Source: Gemmatimonadota bacterium (GTDB taxonomy: Bacteria > Gemmatimonadota > Gemmatimonadetes > Longimicrobiales > Gaopeijiaceae). From it: DNA of 64,000 nucleotides. Both the position numbers and the translations under genes were made by a program. The stretch lies in contig JAXHMG010000003.1 in NCBI GenBank assembly GCA_034521595.1, positions 224,001-288,000 of the forward strand. Reading direction: 5' to 3'. Numbering within the stretch: position 1 is the stretch's first letter; every line of letters starts with the position of its first letter. The notes under the pieces were generated by a model. The model was not told where the DNA came from, made no database searches, and saw nothing but the letters and a program-made list of their open reading frames with translations. Positions 38,720 to 46,915 of this stretch are shown piece by piece.

Positions 38720-40521
38720 GCCACGCAGCCGCGAATACCCTTTGGGCGGACGCGTGGGTCGACGAGCTCGCCCGCCAGGGCATCCGGGAGATCGTGGTGG
38801 CTCCAGGGTCGCGCTCGACCCCGCTGGTGCTCGCGTTCGCTCGGGATGGACGGTTCACGCTCCGTGTCCATCTCGACGAGCGCTCGGCCGCCTTCTTCGC
38901 GCTCGGCATCGGGAAGGCTTCCGGTCGCCCGGCGGCCGTCGTGACGACGTCGGGGTCGGCCGTGGCGAACCTCTTCCCGGCGGTGGTGGAAGCCGCGCAG
39001 GCGGAGACCCCACTCCTGCTCCTCACCGCGGACCGGCCGCCACGGCTCAGGCACGCGGACGCGAACCAGGCCATCGATCAGAACCGGTTCTTCGGGAACT
39101 ACGTGCGGGCATTCCTCGACCTCGGCGTCCCCGTTTCCGGGGATCCGGAGCTACGCCATCTGCGGGCGACGGCGAACCGCGCGGTCGCGTCCAGCGTCGG
39201 GCCGCCGGCGGGTCCCGTACATGTGAACGTCCCGTTCGATAAACCCTTCGAGCCGACCGACACGGGGATCGCGGAGCTCCGCCGGAGCCATGCGCTCGCG
39301 GTCGACGGCCGTCCGGACGGCCATGCGTTCGTGAGGGCCGAGCGTGCGACCCGGGTGCCCTCGGGCGAGCAGGTCGATCGGCTCGCCGCTCTCTGCGCCG
39401 CGCCGCGCGGGGTCATCGTCGCGGGACCCGTGCCGGATCCGTGGCGCGTCGGCCCCGCGGTGCTGCGGCTCGCCGCGCGGACGGGCTTACCCGTGCTGGC
39501 CGACCCCCTTTCAGGGGCGCGTTTCGGGCCGGCGCCGGGGGGCGTCCGGCCGGCCGCGTACGATCTCCTGCTGCGGTCGCCGGAGGTGCGCGCAGCGCTC
39601 CGGCCGACGGCCATTCTGCGCGTCGGGGCTTCACCGACCTCCTCCGCGGTCACGGATTGGCTCCTGGAGCAGGAGGGAGTGCCGTACGCCGTGGTGGACG
39701 ATGGCGACCGATGGAAGGACCACGGCGCGAGTGCCACCGATTACCTGGTCGCCGATCCGGTCGCGACGCTCGACGCCCTCCACGGGCGCGTGCAGCACAC
39801 CGCGTCGGACGACTGGGTCTCCGCGTGGACGGCCGCCGATCGGGCGGCTCGAACGGTCTTGGAGAACGGCCACGCCGACGCCGTTCGGGGAGGGCCGGTC
39901 CACGAAGGCGTCGTGTGGCCGGTGCTCGCGCGTGCCGTGCCCGAAGCTACGGTGTTCGTTTCCGGCTCGATGCCGGTTCGCGACTTGGACGTCTTCGGGC
40001 TTCCGGGCGAGCACCCCTGGGACGTGTTCGGAAACCGCGGCGCGAGTGGCATCGACGGGATCGTCTCGACGGCGTTCGGTGTGGCGACGACCCGGGAGAG
40101 GCCGGTCGTGTGCGTCCTCGGTGACTTGGCGCTGTTCCACGATCAGAACGGGCTCCTCTGGAGCCGAGAGGCGGACGCCCCCGTGATCTTCTTGCTCGTG
40201 GACAACGACGGAGGGGGGATCTTTCACATGCTTCCCGTCGCCGAGCACGAGCCCGCCTTCACACCCTACTTCGCGACACCCCACGGGCTGGATTTCCGGC
40301 ACGCCGCCGCCCTTCACGGGCTCGAGCTCCGGGACGTGAGCCCGCCCGATCTCGACGAGGCGCTCCGCGAAGCGGCGGCACGGCGGCGCACCGTCATCCT
40401 GCGTCTGCGAACCGACCGCGAGGAGAACCGGGCGCGACGCTCCGAGCTCTCCGAGCGGGCCGCGCGCGCCGTCCTGACCGCGCTCGGGCGGAGCGACCCG
40501 TCCATTAACAGCCCGTGGTAG
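38716..40521 (+). CDS. menD: SEPHCHC synthase; last 3 codons and stop supplied by the MITE
   Basis: APGSRSTPL, DERSAAFFALG, TADRP, GPVHVNVPF, NRGASGIDG, GDLALFHD and NDGGGIF motifs. Confidence 0.96.
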   Translation: MSHAAANTLWADAWVDELARQGIREIVVAPGSRSTPLVLAFARDGRFTLRVHLDERSAAFFALGIGKASGRPAAVVTTSGSAVANLFPAVVEAAQAETPLLLLTADRPPRLRHADANQAIDQNRFFGNYVRAFLDLGVPVSGDPELRHLRATANRAVASSVGPPAGPVHVNVPFDKPFEPTDTGIAELRRSHALAVDGRPDGHAFVRAERATRVPSGEQVDRLAALCAAPRGVIVAGPVPDPWRVGPAVLRLAARTGLPVLADPLSGARFGPAPGGVRPAAYDLLLRSPEVRAALRPTAILRVGASPTSSAVTDWLLEQEGVPYAVVDDGDRWKDHGASATDYLVADPVATLDALHGRVQHTASDDWVSAWTAADRAARTVLENGHADAVRGGPVHEGVVWPVLARAVPEATVFVSGSMPVRDLDVFGLPGEHPWDVFGNRGASGIDGIVSTAFGVATTRERPVVCVLGDLALFHDQNGLLWSREADAPVIFLLVDNDGGGIFHMLPVAEHEPAFTPYFATPHGLDFRHAAALHGLELRDVSPPDLDEALREAAARRRTVILRLRTDREENRARRSELSERAARAVLTALGRSDPSINSPW

Positions 40522-40781
40522 AAGTCTGGTGGGCCGCGCACGAGGGTCTTGCGGATATCGTACAAGGAAGAGCGACGAATGCGATGCCCAAGCATCGGGG
40601 AGGAGCTATGACGCCGTACGATGCCGCAACCCCCTCGTGCCCTTCGGGTTGCGGGCGGCACGGCCCCATCTCCGTCGTTGCCACTCCTCGACGTAGCTCA
40701 GGGCTATGCCTTCGTCGTGGCGCCTAGGATCTGGGGCCGTGGCGCTCCCAACGCGGCCCACCAGACTTCTACCACGGGCTG
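40509..40781. mobile_element. 273-bp non-autonomous MITE-like element
   Basis: Perfect 30-bp terminal inverted repeats CAGCCCGTGGTAGAAGTCTGGTGGGCCGCG (40509-40538, inverse at 40752-40781), flanked by TTAA on both sides (40505-40508, 40782-40785). No transposase; internal hairpins. Confidence 0.9.
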
Positions 40782-40816
40782 TTAACCTTGAACCCTCCTG
40801 AGCAAAGAGAGAACGA

Positions 40817-41656
40817 ATGAGTCAGCCTGATTGGAAGCGCGTCAAATCGTACGAAGACATCACGTATCACAAATGCGACGGCGTGGCCCGGATCGCGTTC
40901 GATCGGCCCGAGGTGCGTAACGCCTTCCGGCCGGACACCCTGTTGGAAATGCAGGAAGCCTTCAGGGACGCGGGAGAGGACCCCGACGTCGGCGTCGTGC
41001 TCCTCACCGGAAACGGCCCGGCCGAGGACGGGAAATGGGCGTTCTGCTCGGGCGGGGACCAGCGGGTGCGCGGCGAAGCCGGCTACGTCGGCCAGAGTGG
41101 CGTGCCGCGTCTGAATGTGCTGGAGCTCCAGCGCTACATTCGCTCCATGCCCAAGCCCGTCATCGCGCTGGTCCCCGGTTTCGCCATCGGCGGCGGGCAC
41201 GTGCTGCACGTCATCTGCGATCTCACGATCGCGGCGGAAGGCGCGAAGTTCGGCCAGACGGGTCCGGTCGTCGGTTCGTTCGACGGGGGGTTCGGGGCGT
41301 CGTTCCTGGCCCGGATGGTGGGACAGAAGCGTGCCCGCGAGATCTGGTATCTCTGCCGCCAATACACGGCCGAGGAAGCGTACGAGATGGGCATGGTGAA
41401 CAAGGTCGTGCCGATCGAGCAGCTCGAGGCCGAGGGGTGGGATTGGGCTCAGGAGATCCTCGAGAAGAGCCCCCTCGCCATACGCTTGCTCAAGAGCGCG
41501 TTCAACGCGGACGTGGACGGCCAAGCCGGCCTCCAGGAACTCGCGGGCAACGCCACGCTCCTCTTCTACATGACCGAGGAAGGGCAGGAGGGCAAGAACG
41601 CCTACGTCGAGAAGCGCAAGCCGAACTTCCGGCGCTTCAAGTGGCTGCCCTGGTGA
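40817..41656 (+). CDS. menB: 1,4-dihydroxy-2-naphthoyl-CoA synthase
   Basis: [33 protein letters not shown] and [11 protein letters not shown] motifs. Confidence 0.97.
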   Translation: MSQPDWKRVKSYEDITYHKCDGVARIAFDRPEVRNAFRPDTLLEMQEAFRDAGEDPDVGVVLLTGNGPAEDGKWAFCSGGDQRVRGEAGYVGQSGVPRLNVLELQRYIRSMPKPVIALVPGFAIGGGHVLHVICDLTIAAEGAKFGQTGPVVGSFDGGFGASFLARMVGQKRAREIWYLCRQYTAEEAYEMGMVNKVVPIEQLEAEGWDWAQEILEKSPLAIRLLKSAFNADVDGQAGLQELAGNATLLFYMTEEGQEGKNAYVEKRKPNFRRFKWLPW

Positions 41657-42537
41657 CCTCTCGAGCCGCGGCGTGGCTGCTCGCCGCCCGTCCACGCACC
41701 CTCACCGCGGCGGTCGCTCCCGTCGCGGCCGGTACGGGGCTGGCCGTCCATCACGGCGCCGTGGCGCCCGGACCGGCGGTCGCCGCCCTGGTCGGCGCCG
41801 GGCTGATTCAGATCGGGACCAACTTCGCGAACGACTACTACGATTTCGTGCGGGGTGGCGATACCGACGAGCGGGTGGGCCCCGTCCGTGTGACCCAAAC
41901 CGGCATGTTGAAGCCCGAAGCGGTCAAGCGGGGCATGATCGGGGCCCTCGTTGCTGCCGCGGTCGTGGGTGCGTATCTCGTTTGGATCGGAGGATGGCCC
42001 GTCGTGGCGATCGGCGTCGCATCGCTCGCGTGTGCCGTGCTCTACACGGGCGGGCCCTTCCCGTTGGCGTACCACGGGCTCGGAGACCTCTTCGTCTTCC
42101 TGTTCTTCGGACTCGTCGCCGTCGGTGGCACGTACTACGTGCAAGCTCTGGCTTGGCCACCGGAAGCCCTGCTGGCGGGCGCGGGGGTCGGGGCGCTGAG
42201 CACGGCCATTCTGGTCGTCAACAACTTGCGAGACCTCCCGACCGACGCCCGCGCCGGGAAACGGACGCTCGCCGTGCGCATCGGGCCACGAGCCACGAAG
42301 GCCGAGTATGCGGCGCTGCTCCTGGTGGCACTCGTCGTCCCGCCTCTGGGTGTGGCGATGTACGCGTGGCCACCGTCCGTCGTTCTGGCCGTGCTCGGAG
42401 TTTTCACGGCTCGGCGGCCGCTTCGGACCGTGCTCACTTACCGGAGCGAGGAGGATCTCCTGCCCACGCTCCCGCAAACCGCCCGCGCGGTCGCGCTTTA
42501 CGGGGGGCTGATGGCGCTCGGGTTCGCGGTGGGATGA
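41653..42537 (+). CDS. menA: 1,4-dihydroxy-2-naphthoate polyprenyltransferase
   Basis: [23 protein letters not shown] and NNLRDLPTD...GKRTLAVR motifs. Confidence 0.95.
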   Translation: MTSRAAAWLLAARPRTLTAAVAPVAAGTGLAVHHGAVAPGPAVAALVGAGLIQIGTNFANDYYDFVRGGDTDERVGPVRVTQTGMLKPEAVKRGMIGALVAAAVVGAYLVWIGGWPVVAIGVASLACAVLYTGGPFPLAYHGLGDLFVFLFFGLVAVGGTYYVQALAWPPEALLAGAGVGALSTAILVVNNLRDLPTDARAGKRTLAVRIGPRATKAEYAALLLVALVVPPLGVAMYAWPPSVVLAVLGVFTARRPLRTVLTYRSEEDLLPTLPQTARAVALYGGLMALGFAVG

Positions 42538-43907
42538 CGGACGTGCTGGACGTCGCCGCCGCCCGTCTCGGCGGGCGGGATGGGGATCGGGTGGCGCTTC
42601 ACGCGCCGCCGGGGGTGCTCACGGACCGGGAATTGGACCGGAAGGTGAGCCGGAGGGCGGAAGCGTTGCGAGAGGGCGGTTTGGAGCCCGGTACGGTCCA
42701 CCCGGTGGTGCTCGACACGACCGTGGACGGCATCGTCACCTTGCTGGCGCTTTGGCGGACGGGCGTGATCCCCGCCCCGCTGAATCCGAGGCTCACGGCC
42801 GCCGAGCGGGACGAGGCGCGCTCGGCGCTCCGGGAGGCACCGCCCGGGACGCAGGCCGTGCTCTGGACGTCGGGAACCACGGGACGTGCTCGGGGCGTGG
42901 CGCTCGGGCGCGAAGGGTTGGAGGCACACGTGGCCGCCGTGGCGGATCGGCTCGCCCTCGACGGTTCGGAGGCGTGGCTCGCTTCCCTCTCCCTCGCACA
43001 CGTCGGAGGGCTCGCCCTCGTCACCCGGGCGCTCCTGACGGGAGCCACGATGGTCCTTCCCCGGGGGAGGGGTACGGATGCGCTCGTCGGGAGCTTCGGG
43101 GAGGGACCCCGCGGCGATGGGTCGGCGTCGGATGTGACGCATCTCTCGCTCGTGCCCACTCAGCTCGACCGCCTCCTGGCCCGGTGGGGTTCTCGGCCGC
43201 CGCCCCCGACATTGCGGTGCATCCTCATCGGTGGAGCGCACGCGCCCCGGGAGCTCGTCGAGCGGGCTCTCGCGTCCGGATGGCCGATCGCGCTCACGTA
43301 TGGAATGACCGAGATGTGGTCCCAGGTCGCGACGGCTCCGCCTCCCGTCACCCGGGAACGGCCCGGGACCGTGGGCACGGCGCTCCCCGGGGTCCAGCTA
43401 CGATTGGACCAGCGAAGGGAGATCCTCGTGCGCGGGCCGACGCGTGCGCTCGGCTACATCGGTTCCACGGGGAGAGGCGCCACGGAGGGAGGCACCACCG
43501 AGGGGAATCCCCCCCTCACCGATTCCGATGGATGGTACCGTACCGGAGACCTCGGCGAGTTGGACGGGGAAGGATTCTTGAGGATCACGGGGCGGGCGTC
43601 GGAACGCATCGTGTCCGGGGGCGTGAACGTCGACCCGGTCGAGGTGGAGGACGTGGTGCGCGCGCATCCTTCGGTGGTCGACGTCGCCGTCGTCGGGGTG
43701 CCGAGTCGGGAATGGGGCGAGACGGTGGCGGCCGCCGTCGTTCCGGTGTGGGAAGCGTTCGAGCTCCCGGAGGTCGAGGCGTACGTGAGGGAACGCCTCA
43801 GCGGTCCGAAACGACCTCGCATGTGGAAGATGGAGGGAGCCGTGCCCCGGAACGTGAACGGCAAGGTCGACCGGGCCGCGGTCCGCGCGCTCTTCTCCGG
43901 TGGATGA
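42534..43907 (+). CDS. menE: O-succinylbenzoate-CoA ligase
   Basis: WTSGTTG, HVGGL, SLVPTQL, TYGMTE, YRTGDLG, SGGVNV and NGKVDR motifs; in the men operon. Confidence 0.9.
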   Translation: MTDVLDVAAARLGGRDGDRVALHAPPGVLTDRELDRKVSRRAEALREGGLEPGTVHPVVLDTTVDGIVTLLALWRTGVIPAPLNPRLTAAERDEARSALREAPPGTQAVLWTSGTTGRARGVALGREGLEAHVAAVADRLALDGSEAWLASLSLAHVGGLALVTRALLTGATMVLPRGRGTDALVGSFGEGPRGDGSASDVTHLSLVPTQLDRLLARWGSRPPPPTLRCILIGGAHAPRELVERALASGWPIALTYGMTEMWSQVATAPPPVTRERPGTVGTALPGVQLRLDQRREILVRGPTRALGYIGSTGRGATEGGTTEGNPPLTDSDGWYRTGDLGELDGEGFLRITGRASERIVSGGVNVDPVEVEDVVRAHPSVVDVAVVGVPSREWGETVAAAVVPVWEAFELPEVEAYVRERLSGPKRPRMWKMEGAVPRNVNGKVDRAAVRALFSGG

Positions 43908-43959
43908 TGCGGACCGGGGACTTGCCGGGGATCGGGACCGCAAGCCATGTTCGCGCCCC

Positions 43960-44190
43960 ATGAGCGTGCCCGGCCCCCGATCCCACTTCCGACCTCGCAC
44001 TCGCGCGGGGCGCACGATCACGGTCGCGTTCGTCGTGCTTTTCGTGCTCTGCATGCCTCCGGTCACCCACACGGTGTGGAATCGCATCGAGCCGACGCTG
44101 TTCGGCCTGCCTTTCTTGTGGTCGGTGCTGCTCGTCGTCTACGTCGCGCTGATCGGCGTCCTCGTCCGGGCGTTCCGGTCCGGCGTCTGA
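43960..44190 (+). CDS. Small 2-TM DUF3311-type SSS-associated membrane protein
   Basis: WNRIEPTLFGLPF motif; directly upstream of an SSS gene. Confidence 0.8.
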   Translation: MSVPGPRSHFRPRTRAGRTITVAFVVLFVLCMPPVTHTVWNRIEPTLFGLPFLWSVLLVVYVALIGVLVRAFRSGV

Positions 44191-44202
44191 GGGCGCTTCG
44201 AT

Positions 44203-45729
44203 ATGGACACGTGGGTCGTCGCCACGGGGCTGGTGCTCCTCTACATCGTGGCGACGGTCGTGCTCGGTATCGTGGCCAATCGGCGCATGTCCGTGGACAT
44301 GGAGGATTTCCTCCTCTACGGTCGACGCGCCGGCTTCATCGTGCTCTATCTCACGGTGGTCGCGACCTTCCACTCGGCGTTCGCGTTCCTCGGCTCGAGC
44401 GGGTTCTTCTACACGCACGGCATCGGCTTCTGGATGGCCGGAACCTGGACGGTGTTGGTCGGAGCCATCACGTACGTGCTCGGCACCAGGATCTGGGCGT
44501 TGGGCAAGGCGTTCGGTTACATGACGCCGGCGGATATGCTGGCCGACTTCTACGAGTCCGAAGCGGTGCGCGTGGTGGTGGCCGTGGTCTCGGTGGTCTT
44601 CACCATCCTCTATATACAGGTCCAGGCTCAGGGACTCGGCTACATCATAAGCGTGGCCTCGGGCGGTCGAATCTCGTTCGAGTTGGGCACGCTGGTCTTG
44701 CTCGTCGTGGCGGCCGCGTATCTGATGGCGGGAGGGCTCCGGGCCGTCTATTGGACGGACGTCTTGCAGGGTGTGTGGATGTACGTGGCCGTTTGGGTCG
44801 GAGCACTCGTCCTCGCCTACGAGCTCTTCGGAGGTCCGCTCGAGCTCGTCCGAGCCGTCGCCGCGCAGCGGCCCGACCTGCTCACCCTTCCGGGGCCGGA
44901 AGGTTTTTTCACGCCGGGCATGTGGCTCGGGATGACGCTCACGCTGTCGTTCGGCATCGTCTTTCAGCCGCACATGATGATCCGTTACTACACGGCGATC
45001 GACGGCAAGACGTTGAAGCTCCTCGGCGCGACGACCCCCATCTACCTCGTGACGTTGTACATCCCGACGGCGCTCGTCGGGCTCGGAGGCGCCTTGGTCA
45101 TGCCCGACCTCGCGGTGCCGGACCGGATCTTTCCGGAGCTTCTGTTCGCCTACGCTCCGGCGTGGCTGACCGGTCTGATCCTGGCGGGTGCGACCGCGGC
45201 GGCCATGTCCACGCTGGATTCGATTCTGCACGCCAACATGACGGTCCTGACGAGGGACGTGTACCAGCGCTACATCCAGACGGACCGGACCCAGGCCCAC
45301 TACGTCGCCGTCGGGCGCTTGCTCGTCGTTCTGCTCTTGGGCATAGGCTACCTGCTCTCGGTGCACACGTTCGATTTCCTCGTGGTGCTGGTGACTCTGT
45401 CCGGCTCGGGCGCCCTGCAGCTCATGCCCGCGATCCTCGGCGTCTGCTTTCCGGGGCGTAGAACCCTGACTCGTGCCGGCGTGCTCGCGGGGATCGGCAG
45501 CGGGCTGGCCGTGTTGTACCTCACGCTCGTCGTGGTGCCCCACCCGTACGGCATGCACGGCGCGGTATGGTCGCTGCTCGTCAACGCCGTGGTGGCCCTC
45601 AACGTCTCCGCGGTGACTCGGCCTCCAGCACCCGGCACTATCGCACGGGTCCACGGGGAGCTCGAGCGTTTCGTCTATGGAGCCGGACCCGATTCGGACC
45701 ACGAAGAAGCCGGAGAGGCACAAACATGA
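44203..45729 (+). CDS. Sodium:solute symporter family protein
   Basis: About 13 TM segments; ATFHSAFAFLG, GGLRAVYWTDVLQ and AAAMSTLDS motifs. Confidence 0.94.
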   Translation: MDTWVVATGLVLLYIVATVVLGIVANRRMSVDMEDFLLYGRRAGFIVLYLTVVATFHSAFAFLGSSGFFYTHGIGFWMAGTWTVLVGAITYVLGTRIWALGKAFGYMTPADMLADFYESEAVRVVVAVVSVVFTILYIQVQAQGLGYIISVASGGRISFELGTLVLLVVAAAYLMAGGLRAVYWTDVLQGVWMYVAVWVGALVLAYELFGGPLELVRAVAAQRPDLLTLPGPEGFFTPGMWLGMTLTLSFGIVFQPHMMIRYYTAIDGKTLKLLGATTPIYLVTLYIPTALVGLGGALVMPDLAVPDRIFPELLFAYAPAWLTGLILAGATAAAMSTLDSILHANMTVLTRDVYQRYIQTDRTQAHYVAVGRLLVVLLLGIGYLLSVHTFDFLVVLVTLSGSGALQLMPAILGVCFPGRRTLTRAGVLAGIGSGLAVLYLTLVVVPHPYGMHGAVWSLLVNAVVALNVSAVTRPPAPGTIARVHGELERFVYGAGPDSDHEEAGEAQT

Positions 45730-46655
45730 TGAGATATCTTTACAGCCCAGCGGACCGGACCCGACCGGCGACTCTCCCCTTCATTCTGTCCGTTCTCGTG
45801 CTTCTCGCCGTGCCGGCCCCCGCACCGGCGCAGGACGTCGAGCAGCTCGGGACGGTCGTCGGTCCGGAGCGGGGAACGCTACTGGCGGTCGGCGGCGCGA
45901 TGGAGAGTGCCGAGATCTATCGGACCTTCATCGAGCTCGCCGGCGGACCCGGCGCGCACTTGGTGATGATTCCGACGGCGGGCGGTGAGCCACACTACGA
46001 CCACCGTTACCCCGGATTGAACGCGTGGCGGGAGCACGGCGCCCGCAACCTCACGGTGCTGCACACGACCGACCCCGCGGTTGCCGACACCGAAGCGTTC
46101 GTGGAGCCGCTGGCTTCGGCCGACGGCGTGTTCTTCTTCGGTGGGAGACAGTGGCGCCTGGTCGAAGCGTACGCGGGGACCCGCACGGAGGAGGCCATCC
46201 GCCGCGTCCTGGACCGGGGCGGCGTGGTCGGAGGAACGTCCGCGGGGGCTTCGATCCAAGGCTCCTACCTCGTTCGGGGCGACACGCGCACGAACCAGCT
46301 CGTGATGGGCGACCATCAGGAGGGGTTCGGATATCTGCGCGGGGTGGGGATCGACCAGCACGTGCTGCGCCGGAACCGCCATTTCGACCTGCTGGAGTTG
46401 GTCCAAGCCCGGCCGGAGCTTCTCGGTATCGGCCTCGACGAGGACACGGCGATCGTCGTGCGGGGGGATCGGTTCGAAGTGATCGGCCGCTCGTATGTCG
46501 TCATCTACGACCCGGAGACGGTGACCGATGCCGGTGGCGGGTTCTACTTCCTGGCGCCGGGGGACGAGTTCGATCTGGCGTCGCGGCGGGCCGTGCGACC
46601 TTCGGAGACTCTCCGGGCGGTGCCCGGCGTGCAGCCGCGGTCGCCGGAGCCGTGA
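45726..46655 (+). CDS. Exported cyanophycinase-like peptidase S51
   Basis: Signal peptide; VGGA, IPTA, GGRQWRL, GGTSAGA, IDQHVLRRNR and GIGLDEDTA motifs. Confidence 0.88.
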   Translation: MMRYLYSPADRTRPATLPFILSVLVLLAVPAPAPAQDVEQLGTVVGPERGTLLAVGGAMESAEIYRTFIELAGGPGAHLVMIPTAGGEPHYDHRYPGLNAWREHGARNLTVLHTTDPAVADTEAFVEPLASADGVFFFGGRQWRLVEAYAGTRTEEAIRRVLDRGGVVGGTSAGASIQGSYLVRGDTRTNQLVMGDHQEGFGYLRGVGIDQHVLRRNRHFDLLELVQARPELLGIGLDEDTAIVVRGDRFEVIGRSYVVIYDPETVTDAGGGFYFLAPGDEFDLASRRAVRPSETLRAVPGVQPRSPEP

Positions 46656-46714
46656 GCCCCGCGCCCGCCGCGCGCGAGCTCTCCATCCGGGTCTCAGCAG
46701 AATCGTGTCGGGGC

Positions 46715-46803
46715 GTGTCTTTATCAGTACCAGCGAACGAAGCACCAATTCCGTGGGCCCTCTCGCCTCCTCGCTGGCGAGGCCCCTGGATGATCCATAT
46801 ACT
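46715..46803 (+). promoter_or_regulatory. Candidate regulatory region of module copy 1
   Basis: GTGTCTTTATNNGTA at 46715 and ATATACT (-10-like) at 46797; both recur upstream of copy 3. Confidence 0.45.
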
Positions 46804-46915
46804 GCAACACAGATCGGACAAGCGAATAGTAAGGATATAGAACTCTAGAGATCGGAGCTGGCCGGACCTGATATCGGCTCGGTCGTGTTTCGTTCGCGCG
46901 AAGGTCGGAGGTTGA

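Noticed and set aside
40522-40816. menD-menB gap as a decayed menH/menC or a riboswitch
   Set aside because: It is fully explained by a TIR/TSD-bounded insertion whose removal restores a compact junction.
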